Assembly (NCBI GenBank): GCA_019894975.1
Contig: JAGXNO010000008.1
Coordinates: forward strand, 28,898-92,897
Direction of reading: 5' to 3'
From: Promethearchaeota archaeon
Lineage (GTDB): Archaea > Asgardarchaeota > Lokiarchaeia > Sigyniarchaeales > SOKP01
Length of the DNA stretch: 64,000 bases
The notes beneath the pieces were generated by a model, which saw nothing but the letters and a program-made list of their open reading frames with translations, searched no databases and was not told the origin of the DNA. The translations under genes were made by a program, and so were the position numbers. Of this stretch, positions 49,575 to 58,925 are shown piece by piece (position 1 is the first letter of the stretch; every line of letters starts with the position of its first letter).

Positions 49575-50948
49575 ATGGTTTTAGAGAATCTTGGAAGACA
49601 GTTGGATAATGCAATCCGAAGAATTAGACGGCTTCCAATGGTAGATAAAGACGCTATCAGCGCCCTTATTCAGGATCTTCAACGAAGTCTTCTTAGTGCG
49701 GACGTAAAAGTTGAACTGGTTTTCCAAATGACGGAAAATATTAAGAAAGAAGCAACGAATACTAATCTTCAAAAGGCAAAACGGAAGGATTTTATCATAA
49801 AACTAGTACATGATGAATTAATTCATTTATTAGGGGGAAGACCCGCACCTATCAGAATAAAGCCCGGTAAAAAGAATGTGATTTTACTTGTTGGAATCCA
49901 AGGTTCAGGTAAAACAACCACTGTTGGTAAGTTAGCTAAGTATTATAAAAGTAAGGGATATAAAGTAGCAGTTTTAACAACAGATACATGGAGACCTGGT
50001 GCCTACGAACAATTAGTTCAATTGACTAAGCAGATTGGTGTTAAATGTTATGGAAATCCTAATGAAAAAAATGCGATTAAAATTGCACTTCAAGAAACAA
50101 AAAAAGCAATAAATGACGGAAATGACTTAATAATTGCTGATACCGCAGGGAGACATAAAGAAGAAAAAGAATTAATGAAAGAAATGGAAATTCTCGAACA
50201 AAAATTGAAGCCTAACGAGGTATGTTTAGTAATTGATGGAACTCTTGGTCAACAAGCTTTTGCTCAAGCAGGAGAATTCGATAAAACAACTAATATTGGA
50301 AGTATAATTGTTACTAAATTAGATGGAACAGCTAAAGGCGGAGGGGCTTTATCAGCGTGCGCAGCTACAAATGCAGGCATTCGCTTCATCGGAGTTGGGG
50401 AAAGAATTGATGATCTCGAAGATTTCGAGCCATCTAAATTTGTAGGGACTCTACTTGGTGTTCCCGATATTGAATCATTAATTCAGAAAGTTGAAGAAGC
50501 AGAAATCATGCCGGATGATGAAACTGTAAGACGCATGATGCATGGTAAATTCACTCTTGAAGATTTGTATGTCCAATTATCTCAAATTAAGAAGGTAGGA
50601 AAATTTCAGCAAATTATATCCATGATGGGTGGAGGAAACATACCTGATGCATTAAAAGATGATGCTGAGAGAAACCTTGAAAGATGGAGAATTGTATTAG
50701 ATTCCATGACACATGAAGAAAAAATGGAACCAAAATTAATTAAAAAGACAAGAAAAAGAAGGATTGCCATTGGATCGGGTTCAGATTATTCAGTCATAAA
50801 TAAAATGCTCGACCAATATAACCAAATGAAAAAATTTATGAAAAGATTCCTCCAGATGCAGAAAAAAGGTAAGGGAATGCCAGGAATTCCCGGTTTACCT
50901 GGAGGAAAAGCGGGTGCTGATTTCATGAAGAAGTTAGGGAAATTTTAA
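49575..50948 (+). CDS. srp54: signal recognition particle protein SRP54
   Basis: GIQGSGKTT, DTAGRH, TKLDG, GGGALS and M domain (RRIAxGSG). Confidence 0.97.
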   Translation: MVLENLGRQLDNAIRRIRRLPMVDKDAISALIQDLQRSLLSADVKVELVFQMTENIKKEATNTNLQKAKRKDFIIKLVHDELIHLLGGRPAPIRIKPGKKNVILLVGIQGSGKTTTVGKLAKYYKSKGYKVAVLTTDTWRPGAYEQLVQLTKQIGVKCYGNPNEKNAIKIALQETKKAINDGNDLIIADTAGRHKEEKELMKEMEILEQKLKPNEVCLVIDGTLGQQAFAQAGEFDKTTNIGSIIVTKLDGTAKGGGALSACAATNAGIRFIGVGERIDDLEDFEPSKFVGTLLGVPDIESLIQKVEEAEIMPDDETVRRMMHGKFTLEDLYVQLSQIKKVGKFQQIISMMGGGNIPDALKDDAERNLERWRIVLDSMTHEEKMEPKLIKKTRKRRIAIGSGSDYSVINKMLDQYNQMKKFMKRFLQMQKKGKGMPGIPGLPGGKAGADFMKKLGKF

Positions 50949-50982
50949 AATCTATTTCTTACTTAAATAACGTTGGAGAACA

Positions 50983-51630
50983 TTGGTAAATTTCTTATTA
51001 CTTCAGGAAAATATTATTGAATACTCAAAAAAAGATATTGATGAGGGGAATACTCCTCAAAAGATTTACGAAGTATGTTCTTGTATAAGGGAAGCTTTTT
51101 GTTTATCCTATTCTATCAGAAAAGGCAATAATTTATTTATATACTCCTATGAAGAAAATCTTCTTTTAAGTTTTATAGGAACTAAATTAAGATACCTTGG
51201 TCCTGATGAACGATCTCAAGCCCTATTGCTTCTAAAAGCTTTAGAATTAGGGAAAAATGTTGTTCCTAAAGTTGAACCTGAAATGATAAAATCTACACCA
51301 GGCATTTACTCTACGAAATTTATAGAAGATTCATTACCGTTTAATTATTTTAATAATTTTTTCAATGGAAATGTTTACCTCGTAATAGATGATATAGAAT
51401 CTATAAACCAAGAGCTAGGATCTCAGTTTTTGGATAAAAAAGTTGAACGTATAATCAACAATGATCTCTATATTATTCCAACTTACACAATTTCAGCTCA
51501 AAAATCTGGATTTATCGATGGGTTTAGAGAAATGAAAAATATAAATTTTGTATCTCTTTCTAAAATTAAATCAATAGAAAATAAAATTTTATATATAAAT
51601 TTTCGAAAGGATCATCTAGAGACTCCATAA
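50983..51630 (+). CDS. TrmY-like SPOUT protein, divergent
   Basis: AFxLSxxIR, LxPDERS and STPGI motifs; lies next to srp54. Confidence 0.6.
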   Translation: MVNFLLLQENIIEYSKKDIDEGNTPQKIYEVCSCIREAFCLSYSIRKGNNLFIYSYEENLLLSFIGTKLRYLGPDERSQALLLLKALELGKNVVPKVEPEMIKSTPGIYSTKFIEDSLPFNYFNNFFNGNVYLVIDDIESINQELGSQFLDKKVERIINNDLYIIPTYTISAQKSGFIDGFREMKNINFVSLSKIKSIENKILYINFRKDHLETP

Positions 51631-51644
51631 GAGTAAATATTTTT

Positions 51645-53045
51645 ATGATTCTAAAAAATGCTAAAATCTTTTCTAAAGGTCTAGTACATAATGGAGCTAT
51701 TCTTGTTATTAAAGAAAGTATTGCAGAAATAAAGTACAATCCTAATGAAAGAGATTATAAAACATTAAAAAGTAAAAATCAAGATGGTAAGGAAATTGAT
51801 TGTAAAAATAGATTAATTCTACCAGGGATAATCGATATCCATTCTCATTTACGTGATATGGGACAATGTGATAAGGAGACTTTTAAGACAGGAACTAGAG
51901 CCGCTGCTTTTTCTGGAATTACAACTGTTTTTGATATGCCAAATACAAATCCCCCTGCGATTACCTATGAAAATGTAAAAAAATGGATGGAAAAAGCTCA
52001 AAATAATATTTATGTGAATGTAGGATTTATTGCAGGTGTTCCTAAAGAGATTAATGAAGTTGAAATAAAAAAAATTATAGAACTAGGCGTTATCGGATTT
52101 AAGATTTATCCTCTTAGCCCTTTGAATGATATTGACTGGAAAAATCCCGATTGCATACAAAAAATCTTGAATCTTTCTTCTAAATACCAGATCCCATTAT
52201 TCTTTCATGCGGGATTTCCTATATCTGAGACTCAAAAAGAAGAAATTCTTAATGATTTTCGGATTCAGAAATATTCTATATTGGACCTTCATAATCGATT
52301 AAATCCTGTAAAAATGGAGGAAAAGTACATTCAATTTTTAATTAGTAATTATGAAAAACATATTTACAACAATAATTTAAATCCAGCAAACTATCCAATT
52401 GTGCATTTTTGCCACGTTAGTTGTGAGAAGGGATATTCAATTATTCAAAAGGCTTTACAATCAGATAAAAATTTAAAGATTTCTTTTGAAATAACTCCTC
52501 ATCATCTACAATTATCTCATGACATTAAACTAGAAAAAGATACATATGGAAAAGTACTACCACCTTTAAGAAGTCTTGATAATGTAGCTTTCTTATTTAA
52601 GCAATATATGGAAGGGAATGTACCTTTAATTGGAACTGATCATGCCCCTCATACTCGAGAAGAAAAGGTTCAAGATTATTTAGCAGCACCATCTGGATTC
52701 CCCGGTTTTGAAACTTACCCATTAACGCTACTTCATAAAGTTTTTAACTTTAAACTTTCCTTGGAGAATTTTGTGAAGGCTTCCTCCGAAAATCCCGCAA
52801 GAATTTTCAATTTAAACAAAAAAGGGTTTATAAAAGAAGGTTTTGATGCTGATTTAATAATTGTTGACAAAGTACAAGAATTCCCAATTAAATCTCATAA
52901 TTTTAAAACAAAGGCACAATATTCACCCTATGAAAATTTTAAGAGTACAGTTCAGATTTGGAAGGTATTCTTAAAGGGAAAAGAAATTAATAATGAAAAT
53001 GTTAAAGCTGTTGGAAATATCATAAAGACAAGCTATAAAGTATAA
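51645..53045 (+). CDS. pyrC: dihydroorotase (amidohydrolase family)
   Basis: PGxIDxHxHxR, DMPNT, FKIY, HVS, TPHH, PPLR, TDHAPH and NPA. Confidence 0.85.
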   Translation: MILKNAKIFSKGLVHNGAILVIKESIAEIKYNPNERDYKTLKSKNQDGKEIDCKNRLILPGIIDIHSHLRDMGQCDKETFKTGTRAAAFSGITTVFDMPNTNPPAITYENVKKWMEKAQNNIYVNVGFIAGVPKEINEVEIKKIIELGVIGFKIYPLSPLNDIDWKNPDCIQKILNLSSKYQIPLFFHAGFPISETQKEEILNDFRIQKYSILDLHNRLNPVKMEEKYIQFLISNYEKHIYNNNLNPANYPIVHFCHVSCEKGYSIIQKALQSDKNLKISFEITPHHLQLSHDIKLEKDTYGKVLPPLRSLDNVAFLFKQYMEGNVPLIGTDHAPHTREEKVQDYLAAPSGFPGFETYPLTLLHKVFNFKLSLENFVKASSENPARIFNLNKKGFIKEGFDADLIIVDKVQEFPIKSHNFKTKAQYSPYENFKSTVQIWKVFLKGKEINNENVKAVGNIIKTSYKV

Positions 53046-53099
53046 ATGTGTAAACAGTATATAATAAATAACACTCACCACCACGAATGAAAGCTTATT

Positions 53100-53729
53100 A
53101 TGTCCTATGAAGATAAATTTAGTTTAGAAGATGGAAAAACCTTAATTCATTTTGCTAGAGAAAATATAGAATTTTTTCTTAAGAATGACAGAAAAATACC
53201 AGTTCCTGAATATATGAAAGACAAGTTTAATGACAAATATGGGGCATTTGTTACCTTAAATAGACATAATATTTCCGGTAATCCATTACGAGGGTGCATC
53301 GGATATATTGAACCTAAATTTTCCCTTTATGATGTCATCCATAGAGTTTCAATTCAATCTGCTATTGAAGATCCTAGATTCCCTTCTGTAACTCTTGAGG
53401 AAATGGATATAATAGTTATTGAATTATCTATATTAACACCCCCTGAGTTACTCATGGTTAACAATCCCAAAGATTATGGTGATAAAATCGTAATTGGAAG
53501 AGATGGACTCATCGCGGAGAGAGGATGGCAAAGAGGATTACTTCTTCCTCAAGTTCCTGTTGATCAAGATAGGAATTGGGATGTTGATACTTTTTTAAAA
53601 CATACATGTCAAAAAGCTATGCTTCCAGAAGACGCTTGGAAAAATTTTGATACGAAAATCTATTCTTTTCAAGCAATACTGTTTGAAGAAGAATCACCGA
53701 GAGGAGAAATCGTTAGAAAGTATCTTTAA
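53100..53729 (+). CDS. AMMECR1-domain protein
   Basis: GAFVTL, LRGCIG, DPRF, ELSILT, GRDGL and LLPQV. Confidence 0.93.
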   Translation: MSYEDKFSLEDGKTLIHFARENIEFFLKNDRKIPVPEYMKDKFNDKYGAFVTLNRHNISGNPLRGCIGYIEPKFSLYDVIHRVSIQSAIEDPRFPSVTLEEMDIIVIELSILTPPELLMVNNPKDYGDKIVIGRDGLIAERGWQRGLLLPQVPVDQDRNWDVDTFLKHTCQKAMLPEDAWKNFDTKIYSFQAILFEEESPRGEIVRKYL

Positions 53730-53801
53730 CAAGATCTTATTTTATATAATTTATATTAGTATTTTTAATCCAGCATTTAAATACAAAAAAGATAGGGAGA
53801 A

Positions 53802-55307
53802 ATGGTATATTCTGATAAAATACTATCCATTGATTTTTCTTCAAGAAAAGTAAAAGTTGCTATTGTCTCTGATAAATTAGAACTGGAATCGGTATCAACC
53901 CAAGAATATGAAATTATTGACGAAGATATTGATGGTTTTGCTAAACGATTTGAAATGGATAAAATTTGGAATAAAATTAAAGTAGGGATAAAAAATGTTA
54001 TAAAAGAGAATAAACCAGATAGGATTATAGGGATCTCCTCGTGTGCTCAAAGAATAGCTACCGTTTTTTTAGATAAAAAAGGAATGGAGATTTATGGTGG
54101 GCCTAACACAGATCTTAGGGGTATCGATTCAGCATATCTTATTGAAGATGAATACTCAGAAGAAGAACTATTTACCATTACTGCTCATAGCCCCTCTTTA
54201 ATGTTTACATTAGCACGATTATTATGGTTTCGGGAGGAGGAAAAAAACAAATATGATGATATAGGCAAAATTTTAATGTTAGATGATTGGATTGGTTATA
54301 AGCTTAGTGGATTAAGTTTTACTGACTATACATCAATAGGAGCATCTCAACTATTTGACATAAAAAAAAACAAATGGAGCATGGAAATAATTGAAAATTT
54401 TAATATTAATCCACAAATTCTCCCGGAAATAACTGATTCAGGTATGATAATTGGTGATCTAAAATCTGATTTAAGAAGAGAATTTAACTTAAAACAGGAA
54501 AAGATTCCTATTATAAAAGGATGTGGTGATACACAAGCTAATTTACTAGGTATGGGGGCTGTGGAACCTGGTGTAATTGGGATAAGCTTAGGTACAACAG
54601 CCCCTGTAAATTTAGTTGTGAATAAACCCTTAATTGATCCTAACCTGAATTTTTGGACGGAGTGCCACGTGAAAAAGGGTACTTGGTTAATTGAAGCTAA
54701 TGCTGGTGGTACTGGTAGAGCATATGATTGGTTTAAGGATACGTTTGTTAGGGATTCTCAAGGGGATGTAAATGAGATTATAAATAATTATTTATCTAAT
54801 ATTGAGCCCGGAGCAGGATCAACTTTTGCATATTTAGGACCAGAACTCATGGCAGTAAAAGATCAAACCTCTATTAAAAGAGGTGTTTTTGTTTTTCAAC
54901 CACCTAGCATGATTGGGGAAGAATTACCTAAGCTTGAACACTTTGCGAGAAGTGTAATTGAAGGTATTTGTTTTGGAATTCTTGAAAATTATCTTGCTTT
55001 ACAACAATTTTCACCATCAAAACCAATAACATTTTGTGGGGGAGGAATGTCTAAATCTAAAGAATTTTGTAAAATCTTGGCAAATATTTTAAACACAGAA
55101 CTAACAGTACCCTATACTAAAGAGTCAGCTTTTATAGGAAATGCAATAAATACTCTATTAGGGTTGAATCTATACTCGGATTATAAAAAAATTTATGATG
55201 ATCTCATGAAATTTGAGATATTCAGCGCTGATCAATCCATTTCAAAAGAATATCAGAGTATATTTACACAATGGAAGAACCTTAAAAATAAAATTGACCA
55301 ACTTTGA
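53802..55307 (+). CDS. FGGY-family carbohydrate kinase (LsrK/YoaC-like)
   Basis: QR, NxDxRG, GDTQ, GTT and GGG motifs; the phosphate loop is atypical (DFSSR). Confidence 0.8.
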   Translation: MVYSDKILSIDFSSRKVKVAIVSDKLELESVSTQEYEIIDEDIDGFAKRFEMDKIWNKIKVGIKNVIKENKPDRIIGISSCAQRIATVFLDKKGMEIYGGPNTDLRGIDSAYLIEDEYSEEELFTITAHSPSLMFTLARLLWFREEEKNKYDDIGKILMLDDWIGYKLSGLSFTDYTSIGASQLFDIKKNKWSMEIIENFNINPQILPEITDSGMIIGDLKSDLRREFNLKQEKIPIIKGCGDTQANLLGMGAVEPGVIGISLGTTAPVNLVVNKPLIDPNLNFWTECHVKKGTWLIEANAGGTGRAYDWFKDTFVRDSQGDVNEIINNYLSNIEPGAGSTFAYLGPELMAVKDQTSIKRGVFVFQPPSMIGEELPKLEHFARSVIEGICFGILENYLALQQFSPSKPITFCGGGMSKSKEFCKILANILNTELTVPYTKESAFIGNAINTLLGLNLYSDYKKIYDDLMKFEIFSADQSISKEYQSIFTQWKNLKNKIDQL

Positions 55308-55323
55308 TTCTTTGAAGGTGGGA

Positions 55324-56286
55324 TTAAATATACTGGAACAATATTTCGAAATCAGAAAAGTCGAAAGGTTTTAATATATAACCATTAGCTTTCGTTTCAG
55401 CCATGTTCTTTTCTACCTCTGAACCAGGAATCGCAGTTAATAAAAACACAGGAATCTCTTTATATTTTTTGTTATCTTTAATCATTTTACAGATTTCATA
55501 CCCCGAAATATCTGGCAAGATAATATCTAATAATATTAATTTGGGAACTCCGCCTCTTAATTCATCAATACCTTTATTTCCACTCACTACACCTTTACAT
55601 TTATAACCTTTACTTTCAAAATAGCTAGTAAGTAACCTTATAGTTGCTAAATCATCTTCTATCAGTAAAATATCATATTGAGGCGGGGTTTCTTCAGTAT
55701 TAATATCGTCTAAAATATTAATTATCTTATTTTCAAGAAGCATACTTTGATCAAAGATATTTTTAATTGTCGATAATACATCTTCGTCTAGTTCATCTTT
55801 ATAATTTTCTAAAAGGAGTTGACTAAATCCCTTGATAGTAGTTAATGGTTCTTTTAGGGCATGCGAAACGTTGGATAAAGTTTTTTCATTTATTCCCTTT
55901 AGTCCACCGCTAAGTAAATCTGACTTTTTTTCAATGTAATAATCTACACTATCTCGGATTAATGCCGATATCGTTGAATATTTATGAGATTCCTTAAAGT
56001 CTTGCCATTTAGATTTAGTTTCGTCTGACACATATAAAGAAATTCTTTCTTTATCCCTATCGTAAATTTTTTCCCCTTTTAACCACTTTTTAAATCCTTC
56101 AGTTATAGTTCCACGCCATTTAGCATATTTATCTGTTTGGTCCTCATAGATTTTCATTAATTTTTTGGCACGTTCACCCTCTAAATCCAAGTTTTCTATT
56201 TCCTCATCAGTCAAACTCACTCTTTCAGGATCTTTTTCGTGATTTTCATCTTTCTTATTTTTAGTTTTCTTGTTCTCGCCCGAAAT
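55324..56286 (-). CDS. RHH-HisKA(DHp)-receiver protein, paralog 1 (track start 56220; frame open to ATT 56286)
   Basis: RISLYVS...TISALIRDSVD (RHH); SHALKEPLTTIKGFSQLL (H-box); IEDD, LLDIILP, LTA and KPF (REC). Confidence 0.85.
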   Translation of the reverse strand: MSGENKKTKNKKDENHEKDPERVSLTDEEIENLDLEGERAKKLMKIYEDQTDKYAKWRGTITEGFKKWLKGEKIYDRDKERISLYVSDETKSKWQDFKESHKYSTISALIRDSVDYYIEKKSDLLSGGLKGINEKTLSNVSHALKEPLTTIKGFSQLLLENYKDELDEDVLSTIKNIFDQSMLLENKIINILDDINTEETPPQYDILLIEDDLATIRLLTSYFESKGYKCKGVVSGNKGIDELRGGVPKLILLDIILPDISGYEICKMIKDNKKYKEIPVFLLTAIPGSEVEKNMAETKANGYILKPFDFSDFEILFQYI

Positions 56287-56576
56287 TTTCTTCCCAACTC
56301 GTTAAGTTTTAAGATTTCTATTTTTATAAAATTGTAAAAAATAAACTATTAATAATTTTGTATACTCTGCTTGAAATTTGTATCTATTCTTATGTTTTCT
56401 TTTTTTTTTTATAAAAATTTTTAACAAAATTGTGTTTGTTTACAATAATCTTTAAATTTTTATCATTTAATAATTCTTTTTTATTATAAATATTAATATG
56501 ATACGTGAGTATGAGTCTAATACAACTTTAATAATAAATTGAGAGTATCAGAAGGGAGAAATACTTTGTAAGGATT

Positions 56577-57548
56577 CTATTTGCCTTCTTTTCCTTTTAA
56601 GATATTAAATATAATTTCAAAATCAGAAAAATCAAAGGGTTTTAAGATATAACCATTAGCATTGGTCTTATCCAAATTCTTTTTCACTTCAGATCCTGAT
56701 ATAGCTGTTAAGAAATAGACGGGTATGTTCTTATATTCTTTATCGGACTTAATTGTTTTGCAAATATCATAACCACTTAAATCTGGTAGAATAATATCTA
56801 ACAAAATGAGTTTTGGAATCGCGTTTCCAAGTTCCTCCAATCCTTTGGAACCACTTACGACTCCTTTACATTTAAAACCTTTACTTTCGAAATAGCTCTT
56901 TATTAAGCGAATAGTTGCTAAATCATCTTCGATTAATAACACATCATATTCGGATTCAACTTTAATGTTGTCAAGAATATTAATAATTTTCTTTTCCAGG
57001 AGTACACTCTGCTCAAATATATTCTTGACAGTTTCCAATACTTGATCATTCAACTTTTCTCTATAATTCTCGATAAGTAATTGTGAATATCCTTTAATCG
57101 AAGTGAGTGGTTCTTTTAATGTATGAGAAATATTAGATATAGTCTGAGGATTTAATTTACCTAAATTTGTGCCTTGTAAAAGCTCTTGGCTTTCAATGAA
57201 TGCATCCACCGCTTCCCTAATTAATTTTGAAATGGTTAAAGTCCCATCATTTTGGGTATAATCCAACCATTTCTTTTTTGTATCTTCAGAAACATATAGA
57301 GAAATTCGCTCCTTATCTCGTTGATATATTTTCTCTCCTTTTTGCCATTTTTTATAGCCCTCAGTAATTATTCCTCGCCATACCGCATATCGATTTGTTT
57401 CTTTTTCGTACCTTTTCATATCCTCAGTTTTCTCAATGGAATTATTATCAATTTTTATTAATTCCTCATTTTCTGAGGTGCCATCATCAATGTTGGTAGG
57501 ATCTCCTATGCTATTTGAAGGCGGAATTTTTTGACCACTAACTGCTAT
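56577..57548 (-). CDS. RHH-HisKA(DHp)-receiver protein, paralog 2 (track start 57419; frame open past 57548)
   Basis: RISLYVS...TISKLIREAVD; SHTLKEPLTSIKGYSQLL; IEDD, LLDIILP, LTA and KPF. Confidence 0.85.
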   Translation of the reverse strand: MAVSGQKIPPSNSIGDPTNIDDGTSENEELIKIDNNSIEKTEDMKRYEKETNRYAVWRGIITEGYKKWQKGEKIYQRDKERISLYVSEDTKKKWLDYTQNDGTLTISKLIREAVDAFIESQELLQGTNLGKLNPQTISNISHTLKEPLTSIKGYSQLLIENYREKLNDQVLETVKNIFEQSVLLEKKIINILDNIKVESEYDVLLIEDDLATIRLIKSYFESKGFKCKGVVSGSKGLEELGNAIPKLILLDIILPDLSGYDICKTIKSDKEYKNIPVYFLTAISGSEVKKNLDKTNANGYILKPFDFSDFEIIFNILKGKEGK

Positions 57549-57864
57549 CGATAGTTTTACTTGAAAACCTAATATTAGAACTTATATTTAATGTTTTTTT
57601 ATTAGTTAAATTTTGAAGATCGATCGTAGGAAAACTTTTTGGATTAAAATTCACATAGCAAAAGATAATTTTTGCACACAAATTTTTTCGAGTAAATAAT
57701 ATTCGAGCTCCCCAAATCTGAATATTTCCTAAGTATAACCCATCTAAGGTTATTTAGCACAGTACTGATATATATATTTGCAATTCAATGCATTCTAAAA
57801 CCTCAATTTTTTCTTTATAAATAACTGGTCCGAACAATTAATACAAATAAATAGATGATAAAAA

Positions 57865-58527
57865 ATGAGTCTTGAAGAATTAGTCAGTCTTGAACGAATT
57901 GAGAATTTTAACAATATAAGACTAAAAGAAACTTATTTAGTTTATAATCTTCCTTTATCAAAATTGTTTGTTGAAGTGCTAGAAGAATTAAAAAAAGATA
58001 TTTTTCCTGTTTTAGATATTCATATACTTCTTTATAGTTTAAGGTTTGTTCCCTTCACAGATGAAGCAGAAGGATTAGAAGCTTTTAAGGCTCTTAAAGC
58101 TTGTTTGGATAAGGACTTATATGGAAGTCCTGTTCAATGGACCTCTACAAAAATATGTAATAATTTAGAAAAATTATGTGAATTGATTGTTTATGAGTAC
58201 TTTATCGAAGGTTCTCTGATTGTATATCACAATTATGAAATAGAGTGGGACCTAAGTGTTTGTATCTCACCACCATCCTAAATTAATAATTTGTCGGAGT
58301 CTTTAGACTTAAATTTTAATGTTTATGTTTCATCCATGATGGAAAAACCACAATCCTATTATGAATGGCAGTTACGGTATAATTCAAAGAAAAAAGGGAA
58401 AAGTACAAAAAGAGAAAAAAAGAAAAATTCCCTTGGAATCGAAGATTATCAGTTTGAAAAGTTTGTGGAAAACTGGAAAAAGAAGAATCTTCCTGAAAAA
58501 GGACACTCAAGAAAAATTGTATTCTAA
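57865..58527 (+). pseudogene. hypothetical gene possibly split by one in-frame TAA (58279-58281); alternatively two small ORFs
   Basis: ORFs 57865-58281 and 58291-58527 are in the same frame, separated only by TAA plus three sense codons. Confidence 0.4.
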
Positions 58528-58540
58528 TTATTCACGATTT

Positions 58541-58881
58541 ATTTTGTACACGAATAATGTGAAAAAGTTTTTTAACACCAATTTTTATCTATTTTTTGAC
58601 AGTTTTGTAGGAAGTTAATGATTGTACCGACAAAATAAACTATTTTTTATAATAAAAAGTATCACATTGATAATATATTGTTTCAAAAACAATGAGTTCT
58701 AAGTTTTTTACATTAAATAGTATAACAAATTTTTTGTCTAGATATTTTTTTAAGCAAAAGTATGTTCATATATAAATGATTTTGTACAACAAATACATTT
58801 AAATATTCGATTATCGTTTATTATTATAACAAAAAAGTTTTTTACACCAAATAATATTGGTTGTGTGTTCAAAAAAAACTT
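58541..58881 (+). promoter_or_regulatory. repeat-rich upstream region of tfb
   Basis: ATTTTGTACA at 58541 and 58779; AAGTTTTTTA(A)CA near 58565, 58701 and 58835. Confidence 0.45.
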
Positions 58882-58925
58882 AAAAAAATTCATTATCAAA
58901 AGATTTGGGTTAAGGTAAAAATATC

